From Mobula hypostoma (taxonomy: Eukaryota): a DNA stretch of 64,000 bases. The notes beneath the pieces were generated by a model. It was given only the letters and a program-made list of their open reading frames with translations, was not told the origin of the DNA and did not search any database. The stretch covers positions 17,114,001 to 17,178,000 of the forward strand of contig NC_086109.1 in assembly GCF_963921235.1 (NCBI RefSeq), given 5' to 3'. The translations under genes were made by a program, and so were the position numbers. Positions 1-11,704 of the stretch are shown piece after piece. Within the stretch, counting starts at the first letter, position 1, and each line of letters begins with the position of its first letter.

Positions 1-189
1 CGGCCCCTACAGACACCTGACAACCCATCAATAGACAACCCCTTAGAAGAAAATTGTACTCAAGTGATCACCTACTACTATTACTACAATGGAGAGGGCG
101 TGGGGGGGGGGGGAGTTGATGTTATTCTCACCATTTTTTCTGTGAGGGAGGGGGTTGGGGATTTGGGATTTTTGATGTCCAACTGCCAT

Positions 190-470
190 TTGAATTGAAT
201 TGAACTGAATTTGAATTGAATTTATTTAAATCTTACATCCATTCAACAACGTGAGGGAGTAAAAATCTTTGCGTTATGACTCTGTCGCAATGTACAGATG
301 TGTGAATTTATCAGTCCTAACAGCTCGTAGGAAGAAGCTGTCCTGTAGCCTGTTGGACCTGGCTTTAATGCTGTGGTACCGTTTGCCAGATGGAAGCAGC
401 TGAAACAGTTTATGGTTGGAGCAACTGGTGCCCCGACAATCTTCCAGGCCTTCTTTATGCACCTGCTGCT
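190..470 (-). mobile_element. Rex1/Babar-type LINE 3' fragment with (TTCAA)n tail, nested in an older plus-strand repeat
   Basis: Peptide HKLFQLLPSGKRYHSIKARSNRLQDSFF, typical of the ORF2 C-terminus; AATAAA plus tandem tail. Confidence 0.7.
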
Positions 471-1096
471 GCAAAGTGGGCAATCTATGTTTTTGTGTGA
501 GGGAGGACATGGGGGGGGGGGTGTTCCTTTTCCTTTTTTATGCTGGTGATTGGGGCGGGGGAGGAGTTGAGATAATGTCTTTTCTTTCAACAACTCCCAT
601 GTTTTTTCTATGTATTGCATGGCTATCTGGAAAAGATAAATATCAGAGTTGTATTGTACATGCATACTTTGACAATAACATGAACCTTTGAACCATTTTA
701 GTTATAGTATACACCCAGCCATAAAACAGCTCCTCTCCTCTTCCTAACTTGCCCAAATCCTACTCTGAACCTTTGAGCATTTATTCCTTTCCAAGGAAAA
801 ACCTTGGATCTATATTCCCACGTCATACTTTGTTTTCTGACTTCCTATTCTTCCTGAATAAATTGTAGCTAAGGATTCTAAGTTCACAATCTTCACTTTG
901 TTATGTAAGGTCTTCATTCTTTTCTATCACATCATAATCCCCTCAGTAATTTCTACCTGCACTCCACGAAACCTTATTAACCATACTTTATGCACACCAT
1001 TGTCTACCTTATAATTTTCCTCACCTGATCTCTCCTGTTTCAAAACTACTTTATTTCATTCCGTGTACTTTCCCGTTTTTAGTTTATATGTTCAAA

Positions 1097-1760
1097 GTAG
1101 GGGAGGAGAAGATGGTGACGCGATGCAACACGCGCGGCTGCTCCGAATTGGTATCGTATTTGTTAAGTAGGGTGCCGTGCACAATCCTGATTTGATGGAG
1201 ACGGACGTGAGAAGCATGGAGGAACATCTGGAGAAAACTTCTGAAATACCTGCTTCGCTGTGGCTGCTATTGTGCGATCCAGAATCTCCGGAGGGGAAGA
1301 CCCCAAATCCTCGGCTTTGCCTATCGCCTGTTGCCGGGGCCGGGGTCGAAGCGCTCGGCAGAGATGGTGCTCGGTGTCGGAGGGCTGGTCACAGGCTCGA
1401 AGTTTTTGGACGGACTCAGAGTCGGACTGTGGTTGGGTGCTTCATCGGCAAGTTTGTGGCACTGGAGGTTCATGGCAGGGAGTTTCTCCCTTCAACCATC
1501 TGCGTGAGATGATGGGACTTTCGAGAGACTTTGAGACTTTTTTTTTAACCATGCTCATGGTCTGTTCTTCATCAAATTATGGTATTGCTTTGCACTGTTG
1601 TAACTATATGTTATAACTATGTGGTTTTTGTCAGGTTTTTTTTAGTCTTGGTTTGTCTTGTGTTTCTGTGATATCATTCTGGAGGAACAAATTGTATCAT
1701 TTCTTAATGCATGCATTACTAAATGACAATAAAAGAGGACTGCGTGTCCTCACAATCTAA
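1097..1760 (+). mobile_element. ~650-bp non-autonomous retroelement, copy 1 of 3
   Basis: Collinear with 53845-54700 and 60537-61188; ends AATAAA, GAGGAC/GTCCTC stem-loop, AATCTAA tail. Confidence 0.8.
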
Positions 1761-2499
1761 AAAGAATGTGGGGTGTTTGGGGTGTAGTTTCTCAGGTGAG
1801 GGGACTTGTCGTGTAAATCAGGGTGGAGTCAGTTCCAGTGGATGGGGCAGATGAGATCTACAGTGGGATCCAGTGGCCAGGAAGGTGGTACTGCAATGTT
1901 ACATGGAGAGCAAAAGGCATGACGAGGCACAGAAGACGTCATGCAACCAGGGAAGACTGCAGTTAGTGATGCCTGCTTGTACCACTGCGCCTGGACTTGG
2001 GTCGAGAGAGAGGAACTGCCCCAGTACAGCGGCTTTTCCACTTTAAAACTCTCCCGCACAGCTTTCCCGTCATCATCGGACAACCACCATCCAAAAGATG
2101 TGAAAACCACTGGCAATGTAAGCATTTACCATCCACCCTTAATTACCTGAGTTGAAGAGGGAGTTAAGAGTCAACTGTTTTGTGTGTGGAATTAGACTTA
2201 GTTGTGACTGGCTAAGGATGGCAGATTTCCTTCCATGAAGGACCTCAAAAATTCAGATCCTATTAATGACAATCAGACGGTTTCAAATCAATATTATTAT
2301 TTAAAGACATTCACAGTTAATATAGTGATCATGAAACTACCTGATTTAATTAGCTGAATATAAGTGGATTTCAATTTTGTCTTTCTAATTCAGTCATCGG
2401 GGTCGCTGGATTCCAATCCAATAAATCAATCACTTTGCCATTATGTTTTGTTTTAAATCTTTTTACATTTATCTGTTGGAAAGCAATGAGGCAATTAGA

Positions 2500-3033
2500 A
2501 GATCACAAGACCATAAGACATAGGAGCAGTATTAGGCCAATCATGCTCCATCACGGCTGATTTATTATCCCTCTCAGCCCCATTCTCCTGCCTTTTCCCT
2601 GCAATCTTTGATGCCCTTACTATTCAAAAACCTATCGATCTCCACTATATATATATATATATCTATCCAATGACTTGGCCTTCACTGCTGTCTGTGGCAA
2701 TGAATTCCACAGAATTACCACCCTCTGCCTAAAGAATTTCCTCTTCATTTCTGTTCTAAAGGGATGTCCTTCTATTCCGAGGCTGCACCCTCTGGTGCTA
2801 GACTCCCCCACTGTAGGAAACATCCTCTACATATCCACTCTATCTGGGCCTTCCAATATTCCATAGATTTCAATGATATCCCTCTCATTCTTCTAAATTC
2901 CATTAGGTACTGGCCCAGAGCCATCAAACACTCCTCAAATGTCAAACCTTTCATTCACATGATCATTCCCATGAACCTCCTCTGGACACTCTCCAATGCC
3001 AGCGCATCCTTTCTTAGATAAGGGGCCCAAAAC
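2500..3033 (-). mobile_element. CR1/HER1-type LINE 3' fragment
   Basis: Peptide SRTRG-like...FRTEMKRKFFRQRVVILWNSLP; (TCTTATGG) tail. Confidence 0.85.
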
Positions 3034-3035
3034 GG

Positions 3036-3337
3036 CCAGATTTGGGAACAGCTTCTTTCCAACTGTGATAAGACTGCTGAACGGATCCTGACCCGGATCT
3101 GGGCCGTGCCCTCCAAATATCCGGACCTGCCTCTCAGTTTTTTTGCACTACCTTACTTCCCATTTTTCAATTTTCTATTTATGATTTATAATTTAAATTT
3201 TTAATATTTACTAATTATAACTATTTTTAATATTTAATATTTGTAACCCAGGGAGTGTGAAGCGCAGAATCAAATATCACTGTGATGATTGTACGTTCTA
3301 GTAGCAACTGTTTGGCGGCAGTAAAGTATAAGTATAA
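3036..3337 (+). mobile_element. Short Rex1-type LINE 3' end adjoining or inserted into the CR1 fragment
   Basis: RFGNSFFPTVIRLLN C-terminal codons; (AAGTAT) tail. Confidence 0.65.
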
Positions 3338-3807
3338 AACAGCTAAGAATACATTAGAAGACATCCTAAGCCAGTTCACAGACACATTGGAAATACAAGA
3401 TTTATACTTAATCTTTCTAGCAATACTGCTGGGGGGAGGAGAGTATTAGTTACTTTTGCTAGCCCACAGCAATGAAACAAAACACAAATTCTTTGTTCCC
3501 TCATTTATTTGAAGTTACTCGGATGTAAAGTTTTGGATGACTTCAAAATCACAACTCACACTGATTATTATACCATAGGTGTAGTTACATGTGACTGTAT
3601 TATTTAATTCTAACATTGTACATCATAGCTCAGCACTTCCATGATAAATTTTCAAAACTTACTGTTACCCTCTTAGGAGGGCATTCAACCCATCAATGCC
3701 ATGCCTGTTTCTGGAATAACCCCATCATTACCACCTCATAACTTATTTACCTGTAACTATTTAATCTCTGGTCTATCAACTCCATCATGGTTCTCTGTCA
3801 CCCCTTA

Positions 3808-4358
3808 CACTCAGCGGCTACTTTCTTAGTTACGTCTCATACCTAATAAAATGACCAAATGGCCAGCGAGTGTATGTGCTTGTAGTCTTCTGCTGCTGTA
3901 GCCCATCCACTTCAAGGTTCGACACATGCGTTCAGAGATGCTCTTCAGCATACCACGGTTGTATTGCGTGGAGTTATTTGAATTACGGTCAACCTCCTGT
4001 CAGCTTGAACCAGTCTGGCCTTTCTCCTCTGAGCTCTCATTTACAAAGCGCTTTTGCCCACAGGATGTGTTTGTAGGTTTTTGCACCATTCTCTGTAAAC
4101 TCTAGAGACTTGTGTGAGAAAATACCAGGAGATCAGCAGTTTCTGAGATTCTCAATGTTGATTGGCACCAACAATCATTCCACAGTCAAAACCACTTGGA
4201 CCACATTTTAATTCCCCATTCTGATGTTTGGCCTGAACGACAATTGAACCTCTTGACCATGTCTGCATGCTTTTATGCACTGAGTTGCAGCTATGTGATT
4301 GGCTGATTAGATATTTGCATTAACAAGCTCGTGTACCTAATAAAGTGACTACTGAGTG
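3808..4358 (-). mobile_element. Non-autonomous Tc1-like DNA transposon
   Basis: Degenerate TIRs of the CACTCAGTGGCCACTTTATTAGGTAC type, TA on the left; reverse-complement homolog of 59832-60366. Confidence 0.8.
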
Positions 4359-4369
4359 TTAAGTTAATT

Positions 4370-4551
4370 TTAAATAACCAAATAACCTACCAACTTATCT
4401 TTGGGATGTGGCAGCAACCTGAAACATTCAGCAGAATCCCACATGGTGACAGAGAGAATGCATAAACTGTACACAGACCGCTGTGGAAGTCATGGTCAAA
4501 CCCAGCTCAGTGGAGCCATGAAGCAGCATTGCTAGCTACTTTGCCACTGTG
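4370..4551 (-). mobile_element. tRNA-derived V-SINE/HE1-like SINE, 5' part (interrupted by the Tc1-like element)
   Basis: tRNA-like head with B-box-like GGGTTTGACC and V-domain-like sequence. Confidence 0.65.
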
Positions 4552-5254
4552 TAAACCACTTATATTGTGGGAAACATTACATAAGGAACCAGCAGATTAA
4601 TTAAATCACCACGTACTCTTGTACTCTGAAGGGTGTTGGCCCAGTTACAGAAACCAGGTCTGACCTGTTCAAAGGGAAAGGGAAATGTATTCCTTTACAA
4701 CTTCTTAAACTACCTGCATCTACATCCTTTGTGTTATAAAGATGAATGGCAACTCGGACCGTTGTGATCAATGCTCTCACAAGGGATGCTCAGTAATACC
4801 CAATTGACTAAGTTGAGAATGGACAATGGAGAGAGGTAAAAAAATATGGAATGAAGAAGAAGCCATTAACTACCACACCATTTCAGTAATTTTTTAACAG
4901 TAATGGTTAAAAGGTTAAAAATCATGAAAAGAAAATCACATCTTTAATTAATTGCTCTTCTCTGCTCAATTTACTCAGCATTCAAGGTCAGACCCATGAT
5001 GGACAGAAAATAGTTTTTTCTGGACCCAATTGACTTTTGCCTTCAGTTCTTTTATAGATTGTGGGACAATCACTTGTTCATTCATCATTTGTTAGATAAA
5101 TTCACACAATGGATTTAATATTGGACTAAGGTCTAATGGTTTTACTTACTCATTGAGTACAAGATAGATCAGACGAACTTGTAGGACAAGCACAGGAATT
5201 AATTAACAGAATGGAGCTTTGTCTTATTATTCCTGATAATACAGTCATTTCCAT

Positions 5255-5775
5255 TCACATTCTGACGTATTGGACCATGGCTTCCTCTGAGGCCACTTTC
5301 AGGTTGGAGGAGCAACATCTCATATTCCACCTGGGTAGCCTTCAACCTGATGGCATGAGCATTGATTTCTCTAACTGTGGGCAATTTCTTCCACTTCACC
5401 TGCCTCACTTACCCTTTGTCTTCCCCTCACCTGCTCCCCGGTCCCCCTCCTCCTTCCCTTTTTCCCTTGGTCCACTTCTCCAATCAGATTCTTTATTCTT
5501 CAGCCCATTACCTTTTCCACCTCTCACCTCACGGGTCCTCACTTCCTTCCCCCTCCCTCACACCCACCCACCTTCCTTATCACCTGGCTGCAACTGTCAC
5601 CTTCCATCCTGCACCCCTCCTCCTATCTTATTCTGGCTACTTCCCCTTTCTTCCCAGTCCTGATGAAGGGTCGTAACCCCAAACTGTTTATTTCCCTCCA
5701 TAGATGCTGCCTTATCCGTTGAGTTCTTCTAGCATTTTGCGTGTGCTGGAGGATTCTGTAGAATCTCTTGTGTTT
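5255..5775 (+). mobile_element. Penelope-like element 3' fragment (GIY-YIG C-terminus plus terminal repeat)
   Basis: Peptide RLEEQHLIFHLGSLQPDGMSIDF; pyrimidine-rich tract; degenerate CTGATGA hammerhead. Confidence 0.8.
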
Positions 5776-5904
5776 AATACAGTTATTTATCCTGTATAAC
5801 TGGAGATGATTTCCTCCTGCATCTATGTCTTGACAAAGGGAAGACAGGGGAAATTCATCTTTACCACTTACCTGCTTCAGTAGGCATCATCAAGAAAAAT
5901 TAGC

Positions 5905-6550
5905 TAGAATCGGAATCAGGTTTAATATGAAATTTGTCATTTTGCAGTAACACTACACTGCAATACATAAAAAAACTATAAATTACAATAATACATTTTG
6001 AAAATAAATTAAATAAGTGGTGCAAATGGAGGGCAAAAATAGTGAGGTAGTGTCCATGGGCTGGTTCATTATCCATTCAGAAATATAATGGTGGAGGGGT
6101 AGAAGCTGTTCATAAAACATTGAGTGTGTCTTCAGGCTCCTGCACATCCTCTCTGTTGGTAATAAGGAGGAATAATATCCTGGCCAATGGAGATCCTCAA
6201 TGATGGATGCTAACTTTCGAGTCCTCGCCTTTTGAAGATGTCCTCAATGCTGGGAAGGCTGGTACCCATCATGGGATTGGCTGAGTTTGCAAGCCTCTAC
6301 AGTGGTGAATGATCCTGCGCAGTGGCCCCTCCATATCAGATAATTATGCAATCAACTAGAATGCTCTGCAGAGTACATCTGTAGTAATTTGCTTTGGTGA
6401 CATACCAAACATCCAGAAACTCCCAATGAAATATATCCACTGATGTTCTTTCTTCCTAATTGCATCTCTATGTTGGGTTCAGGATAGATCTTCAGAGGCG
6501 TTGACATCCCGGGAATTTAAAGCTGCTCACCCTTTCCACTGCTGATCCCA
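5905..6550 (-). mobile_element. Rex1/Babar-type LINE 3' fragment, degenerate
   Basis: Reverse complement of the same family as 26400-27682; tail AAACCTGATTC(C)GATTCT. Confidence 0.75.
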
Positions 6551-7704
6551 CTATTAGCTGTTACAGAGATTAACCCCTTTGTTTCACCATTCACCTTCAA
6601 CAGCTAACCAACTCAACAGAATATAATGATTCTTTTTTTTCAAAAACGCAAATACTACAAACCTGAAATGAATGTTGGAAACATTCAGCTGGAGGGGCAG
6701 CATCCATGCGAGGAGAAACAAATCAACATCGGAACATTCCTAAAGGGCCTCTGAACAGAAACGCTGATGGATCTTTTGCCATGACTTGGTGATTGCAGCA
6801 TTTTGTGTTTTGATTTTAATCACCAAGTTTTAAACTCAGATTCTCAGTTTATATAGTACCAAGAAATTACACTGATGTCCCAGAGCTTATTTTGGTCACC
6901 CAGTGACTTGTGTTCACCCTACACACCAAAATTCCATTCTACTTACAGAACATACTGTATCTCTCTATGAAGAGCATCTGTCATTGCAGAAACCATTCCA
7001 ACTCCAATTCCAAGTAATTTATTTTTAAACATAAGTCCAGGGGAAGTTGGTTCTTCAAGACAACACGTTATTCAAACCGGTAAGGCTAGAAAATTACAGA
7101 ACCTTGAAACTTTCTGCAAGATTGGAAATCCCTGAACATAATCAATGAAGTAGAGGAGGATTCACTAACACAGCTGACCAAGGTGTTAGGACTGAACCAG
7201 CTGACTTGCCATTAAATACTACAATGATAAAATTGTCTCTTTAATTTTAATAGATCTGATCAATTGTGGGTTTGCACCAGAAAGAAATTTCTGAAAAAGC
7301 TGCCATGTTTAATCAAATGTTCTTTAGAAGACAATAGCTGTTTTCCCTGCTTGGTCTGACATACTGTACATCTGCCTCTGGTCCAGGAAAGATTAAGAAC
7401 ACGTTCAAGAAAATAAGTAAAAATTTTCTTGTAAAGAGTCTGCATAGATGTAATAGTTCTTTATATCATTTGGTATTCAGGTTTTTGCCAACTTGTAGGT
7501 ATCTGCATTTAAGCCTCAATAGTTTATTCGGCTGTGAATCAAATTTAGATTTGCCCATTTCTCTTCTCTCCTATTCAAGGTCCAATATGATGTCAGCTTT
7601 CAAGCTTACCACCTTGTCAGTACAAAAGCTTTGAGGTTGCGTGTCATGTTTCTGAAAAACTGCTGCCACAGCAGAAATGTCAGTAAATCTGAATGCACAG
7701 ATTT

Positions 7705-8285
7705 AACATAAAAACATAAAACCATAGGATATAGGAGCAGAATTAGGCCATCTGGCCCACTGAGTCTGCTTCACCCTTTCACCAGTTTCCCTTTCAGTCC
7801 CCATCTCCTGTCTTCCCGCCATGCCCTGACTAATCAAGAATCTATCAACCTCTGCCTTAAATATACCTCCACAGCCACCTAATGCAATGAATTCCACAGA
7901 TTCACCACTCTCTGGCTAAAGAAATTCCTCATCTCCATCCTAAAAGGACACCCCCCTATTCTGAGGTTGTGTCCTCTGGTCTTAGATTCCTGCACCACAG
8001 GAAACATCCTCTGCACATCCACCCTGCTGAGGCCTTTCAATGTTCAATAGGTTTCAATGAGGTCACCCCTCAGTCTTCTGAATTCCAGTAAGTACTGTCT
8101 CAGAGCCATCAAAGGCTCTTCATTTGATAAGCCTTTCAATCCCGGAATCATTCTCGTGAAGCTTTTAACCCTCCCCAATGTCAGTACATCCTTTCTTAGA
8201 TAAGGGGCCCAAAATTGCTTACAATATTCCAAGCAAGGCCTCAACAGTGTTTTATAAGGCCTCAACATTACATCTTGCTTTTACA
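7705..8285 (-). mobile_element. CR1/HER1-type LINE 3' fragment
   Basis: Peptide YKTLLRPCLEYCKQFWAPYLRKDVLTL. Confidence 0.85.
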
Positions 8286-8618
8286 TTGGAAACAGAACCA
8301 GAGGGAAAAAAGGTATCTCATAATGTGAACTGTTCTACTTGGGCAGGCACTATCTGAAAGAGAAGCAAATTCAAACATTCTTTAAAGAAGGGAATTGGAT
8401 GAATGAAAATATGCTGAAAATACACAGCAGGTTAGGCAGCATCCGTGGACAGTGACCAGAAGTATTGTTTCAGTCTAATGAATTTTGGAATTGAGTAAGT
8501 ACTTGAAGTGAAAATAAATTACAGGGATGTGGAAAAATAAGAGGAATAGAATTAATTGAATAGCTTGATCAAAGAATTTTGGAATATGGACATCGTGTAG
8601 GCAAATGAGATTGATTTA

Positions 8619-9103
8619 CAGTACCATGCAAAAGTCTTAGGCACATATATAACTAGGGTACAGTACTTTTGCACAGTAGTGTAGTAATTTTATATATTGC
8701 ATTGTACAGCTGCCGCAAAAAAAAATTTCATGACTTACGTAAGTGATGATAAACCTGATTCTGATAATGGGTTTCTACAGTGAACTGAGAGTGGGAAGGG
8801 GGCAGGGAGAGGGGAATTATGACTGGGGAAAAGGAAAGGGACAGAGTAGGGAGCAGGAACCACCACACATTCTGTAATGATCAAAAAATAATTGTTTGGA
8901 ATCAAATGACCTTGCCTTGTGTCTCAGGGCTGGGTATCTGCATACACACCACCTCCGCCCGGCATTCCTTTTCTGCGGTCTGTCCCACACCCTTCCTGTA
9001 GCGTTTCATGCTCACCATTCCCAACATCCTTTGCTCCTGCCAGACATACAAACTCGCTCTCCACTGCAAATTGACAAATACAGTACTGTGCAAGTCTTGG
9101 GCA
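8619..9103 (+). mobile_element. Composite Tc1-MITE element (mini-MITE, body, mini-MITE), copy 1
   Basis: TA-flanked palindromic mini-MITE 8619-8681; second TIR 9081-9103; body homologous to the reverse complement of 37275-37456. Confidence 0.7.
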
Positions 9104-9105
9104 TT

Positions 9106-9545
9106 CCAGAATCAGAATCAGGTTTATTATCACCAGCATGTGTTGTGAAATTTGTTAACTTAGTAGCAGCAGTTCAATGCAATACATAATATAGAAGAAA
9201 AAAATAACAAATAAGTAAATCAATTACAGTATACATGTTTTGAATAGATTAAAAATCGTGCAGAAAACAGAAATAATTTTGTATTAAAAAAGTGATGTAG
9301 TGTTCACAGGTTCAATGTCCATTTAGGAATCGAATGGCAGAGGGGAAGAAGCTGTTCCTGAATCGGAGTGTGTGCCTTCAGGCTTCTGTACTTCCTACCT
9401 GATGGTAACAGTGAGAAAAGGGCATGCCCTGGGTTCTGGATGCTGGAGGTCCTTAATTAACAGATGCTGCCTTTCTGAGACCCCACTCCTTGAAGATTCC
9501 TGGGTACTTTGTAGGCTAGTAAGCAAGATGGAGCTGACTAAATTT
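9106..9545 (-). mobile_element. Rex1/Babar-type LINE 3' fragment
   Basis: (GATTCT)n tail; reverse-complement homolog of 27280-27682. Confidence 0.8.
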
Positions 9546-10072
9546 TTCCCAGAGATTTTTATATTTATATATATATACACACACACACATACATAAACTA
9601 ATTCTAGCCATAATTATATTGAAACCCAGAGCAATGCTTACTCTGTAGGAAATGCTCTCCCCTTGACACAACTCTGACTCCAGAGGGAAAGATTTTTCTC
9701 CAGTAGGACATAAAATGTATTGGTTCAAAAAGCTCTGCTGGATATGCTTTTAAAATTGCACCCATCTGAGGCTGATCCAAGTAAGTACAGAAGAAATTGA
9801 AATCCCCTATTGCTATCACTATTATTTTAACACCTCTCCGTGACATATCTAAATATCTTACTTCTACTGACTGTTAATTTGTGAGATCTCTAACTTAGCC
9901 TGAAGCATTTGAGCTCAGTATTAGGGCACCATCTTGTGGTAAAAAAGAATGAAGAGGCTGAAATGAAAAGTTTTGGGGAATTTAAACATCCAGGAGTAGA
10001 CGCATAGAGGAATACATGTGGTTCCAGCAAGGGTAATGTTGGGTTGTGTTGTCTTAAGGTTGTAGAATGTGC

Positions 10073-10305
10073 GTGGCACGATCAATACATTATCCGCCAC
10101 TGCCTGCAAGGAGTTCGTACGTTCTTCCTGTGACTGCGTGGGTTTCCTCTGGGTGCTCATTTCCTCCCACAGTCCAAAGACTGTTAGTAGGTTAACTGGC
10201 CATTATAAATTGTCCTGTGATTAGGCTTGGATTAAGTCGGGGGATTGCTGGGCAGCATGGCTTGAAGGGCCAGAAGGGTCTATTCAGCACTGTATCTCAA
10301 TAAAA
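10073..10305 (+). mobile_element. V-SINE/HE1-like SINE, partial
   Basis: V-domain-like GCGTGGGTTTCCTCTGGGTGCTC...CCTCCCACAGTCCAAAGAC. Confidence 0.75.
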
Positions 10306-10553
10306 AACATTGAATTAATGTAGACCAGGTACCTGAAATTTCCCAAGTCTTGGAGACATCATCTGTCTGAACTTGCACAACTGAGGAAAGGGGGAAGGCA
10401 GGTTCCTCATGCAGTTCTTAACTTCTATACACTTAAATCCTGCACTGACAGGAAGATGCATACAAGTTTCAAACACCTAAGTACAAATTACAGTTCATTT
10501 AGCAGCCCCAAATTTCTCTTAAAGGGCACAGCAAGATAACCCCAGATCCAGAA

Positions 10554-11139
10554 CACCTACGCTCTGTCCGCCAGAGAAAGCAGGAACTCCCAGTGGCCAC
10601 ACATTTTAATTCCACATCCCATTCTGATATGTCTATCCACGGCCTCCTCTACTGTAAAGATGAAGCCACACTCAGGTTGGAGGAACAACACCTTATATTC
10701 CGTCTGGGTAGCCTCCAACCTGATGGCATGAACATTGACTTCTCTAACTTCCGCTAATGCCCCACCTCCCCCTTGTACCCCATCCATTATTTATTTATAT
10801 ACACACTCATTCTTTCTCTCTCTCTCCTTTTTCTCCCTCTGACTATACCCCTTGCCCATCCTCTGGGTTCCCCCCCTCCCCCTTTTCCTTCTCCCTTGGC
10901 CTGCTGTCCCATGATCCTCTCATATCTCTTTTGCCAATCACCTGTCCAGCTCTTGGCTCCATCCCTCCCGCTCCTGTCTTCTCCTATCATTTTGGATCTC
11001 CCCCTCCCCCTCTCAAATCTCTTACTAGCTCTTCCTTCAGTTAGTCCTGACGAAGGGTCTCGGCCTGAAATGTCGACTGTACCTCTTCCTAGAGATGCTG
11101 CCTGGCCTACTGCATTCACCAGCAACTTTGATGTGTGTT
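10554..11139 (+). mobile_element. Young 5'-truncated Penelope-like insertion with 13-bp TSD
   Basis: TSD CCCAGATCCAGAA at 10541-10553 and 11140-11152; GIY-YIG C-terminal codons; hammerhead motif. Confidence 0.88.
11043..11078 (+). ncRNA. Minimal type I hammerhead ribozyme motif (PLE-associated)
   Basis: AGTC-CTGACGA-AGGgtctcggCCT-GAAA-TGTC-GACT; stem I AGTC/GACT; GUC cleavage triplet ending at 11074. Confidence 0.7.
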
Positions 11140-11704
11140 CCCAGATCCAGAAGTATAAGTTCTTGATCCAATAACCAAGTATTATTTTTGTTTAAAGAAT
11201 TTTTTTCAAATGCACACCCAACACTTTCAAGTTTCTCTTTCAACTCCAGACACCCACCCCACTCTAGAAACACATTGCTTAATGTCTTCCAATTCCACTA
11301 ATAATTTAAATTCAGACAATGCTTTGTCTCTGCATTATTTTGAACTGAATGCTGTGAATATTACATAGTTGTTTCTAGCCATCAATACATTGTCTATTTA
11401 CATTTGGTTTAGAATTTAAATATGGGCAGATGTATCAGTGCACAAATTGAAGATGGACAAATGAACTGAGAAATGCTGAGATTTCAATCACTCTGCCACT
11501 GGCTGTTAAATGCTTAATTGTTTAGATCTAATTTTTTTTTTATTAAACTTCTATAAGGCTGCAACATTTTTGTTCCAGCCTTTGATGATATTCCCTAATA
11601 TTGCAGTTCAATATCAAATTTGTTTGATACTATTTCTACATTGTGTTGTGCCAGTTATTATTTGAGATCTAAACAAATGTATGTATAAAGGCATTAAACA
11701 TTGA

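Noticed and set aside
1177..1616. ORFs in the 650-bp element (also 60650-61067) as a small gene family
   Set aside because: Frames are not preserved among the three copies; the similarity is due to repeat DNA.
5211..5676. Pro/Ser/Leu-rich ORFs (also 10757-11174, 12442-12765)
   Set aside because: Translations of the pyrimidine-rich PLE terminal region.
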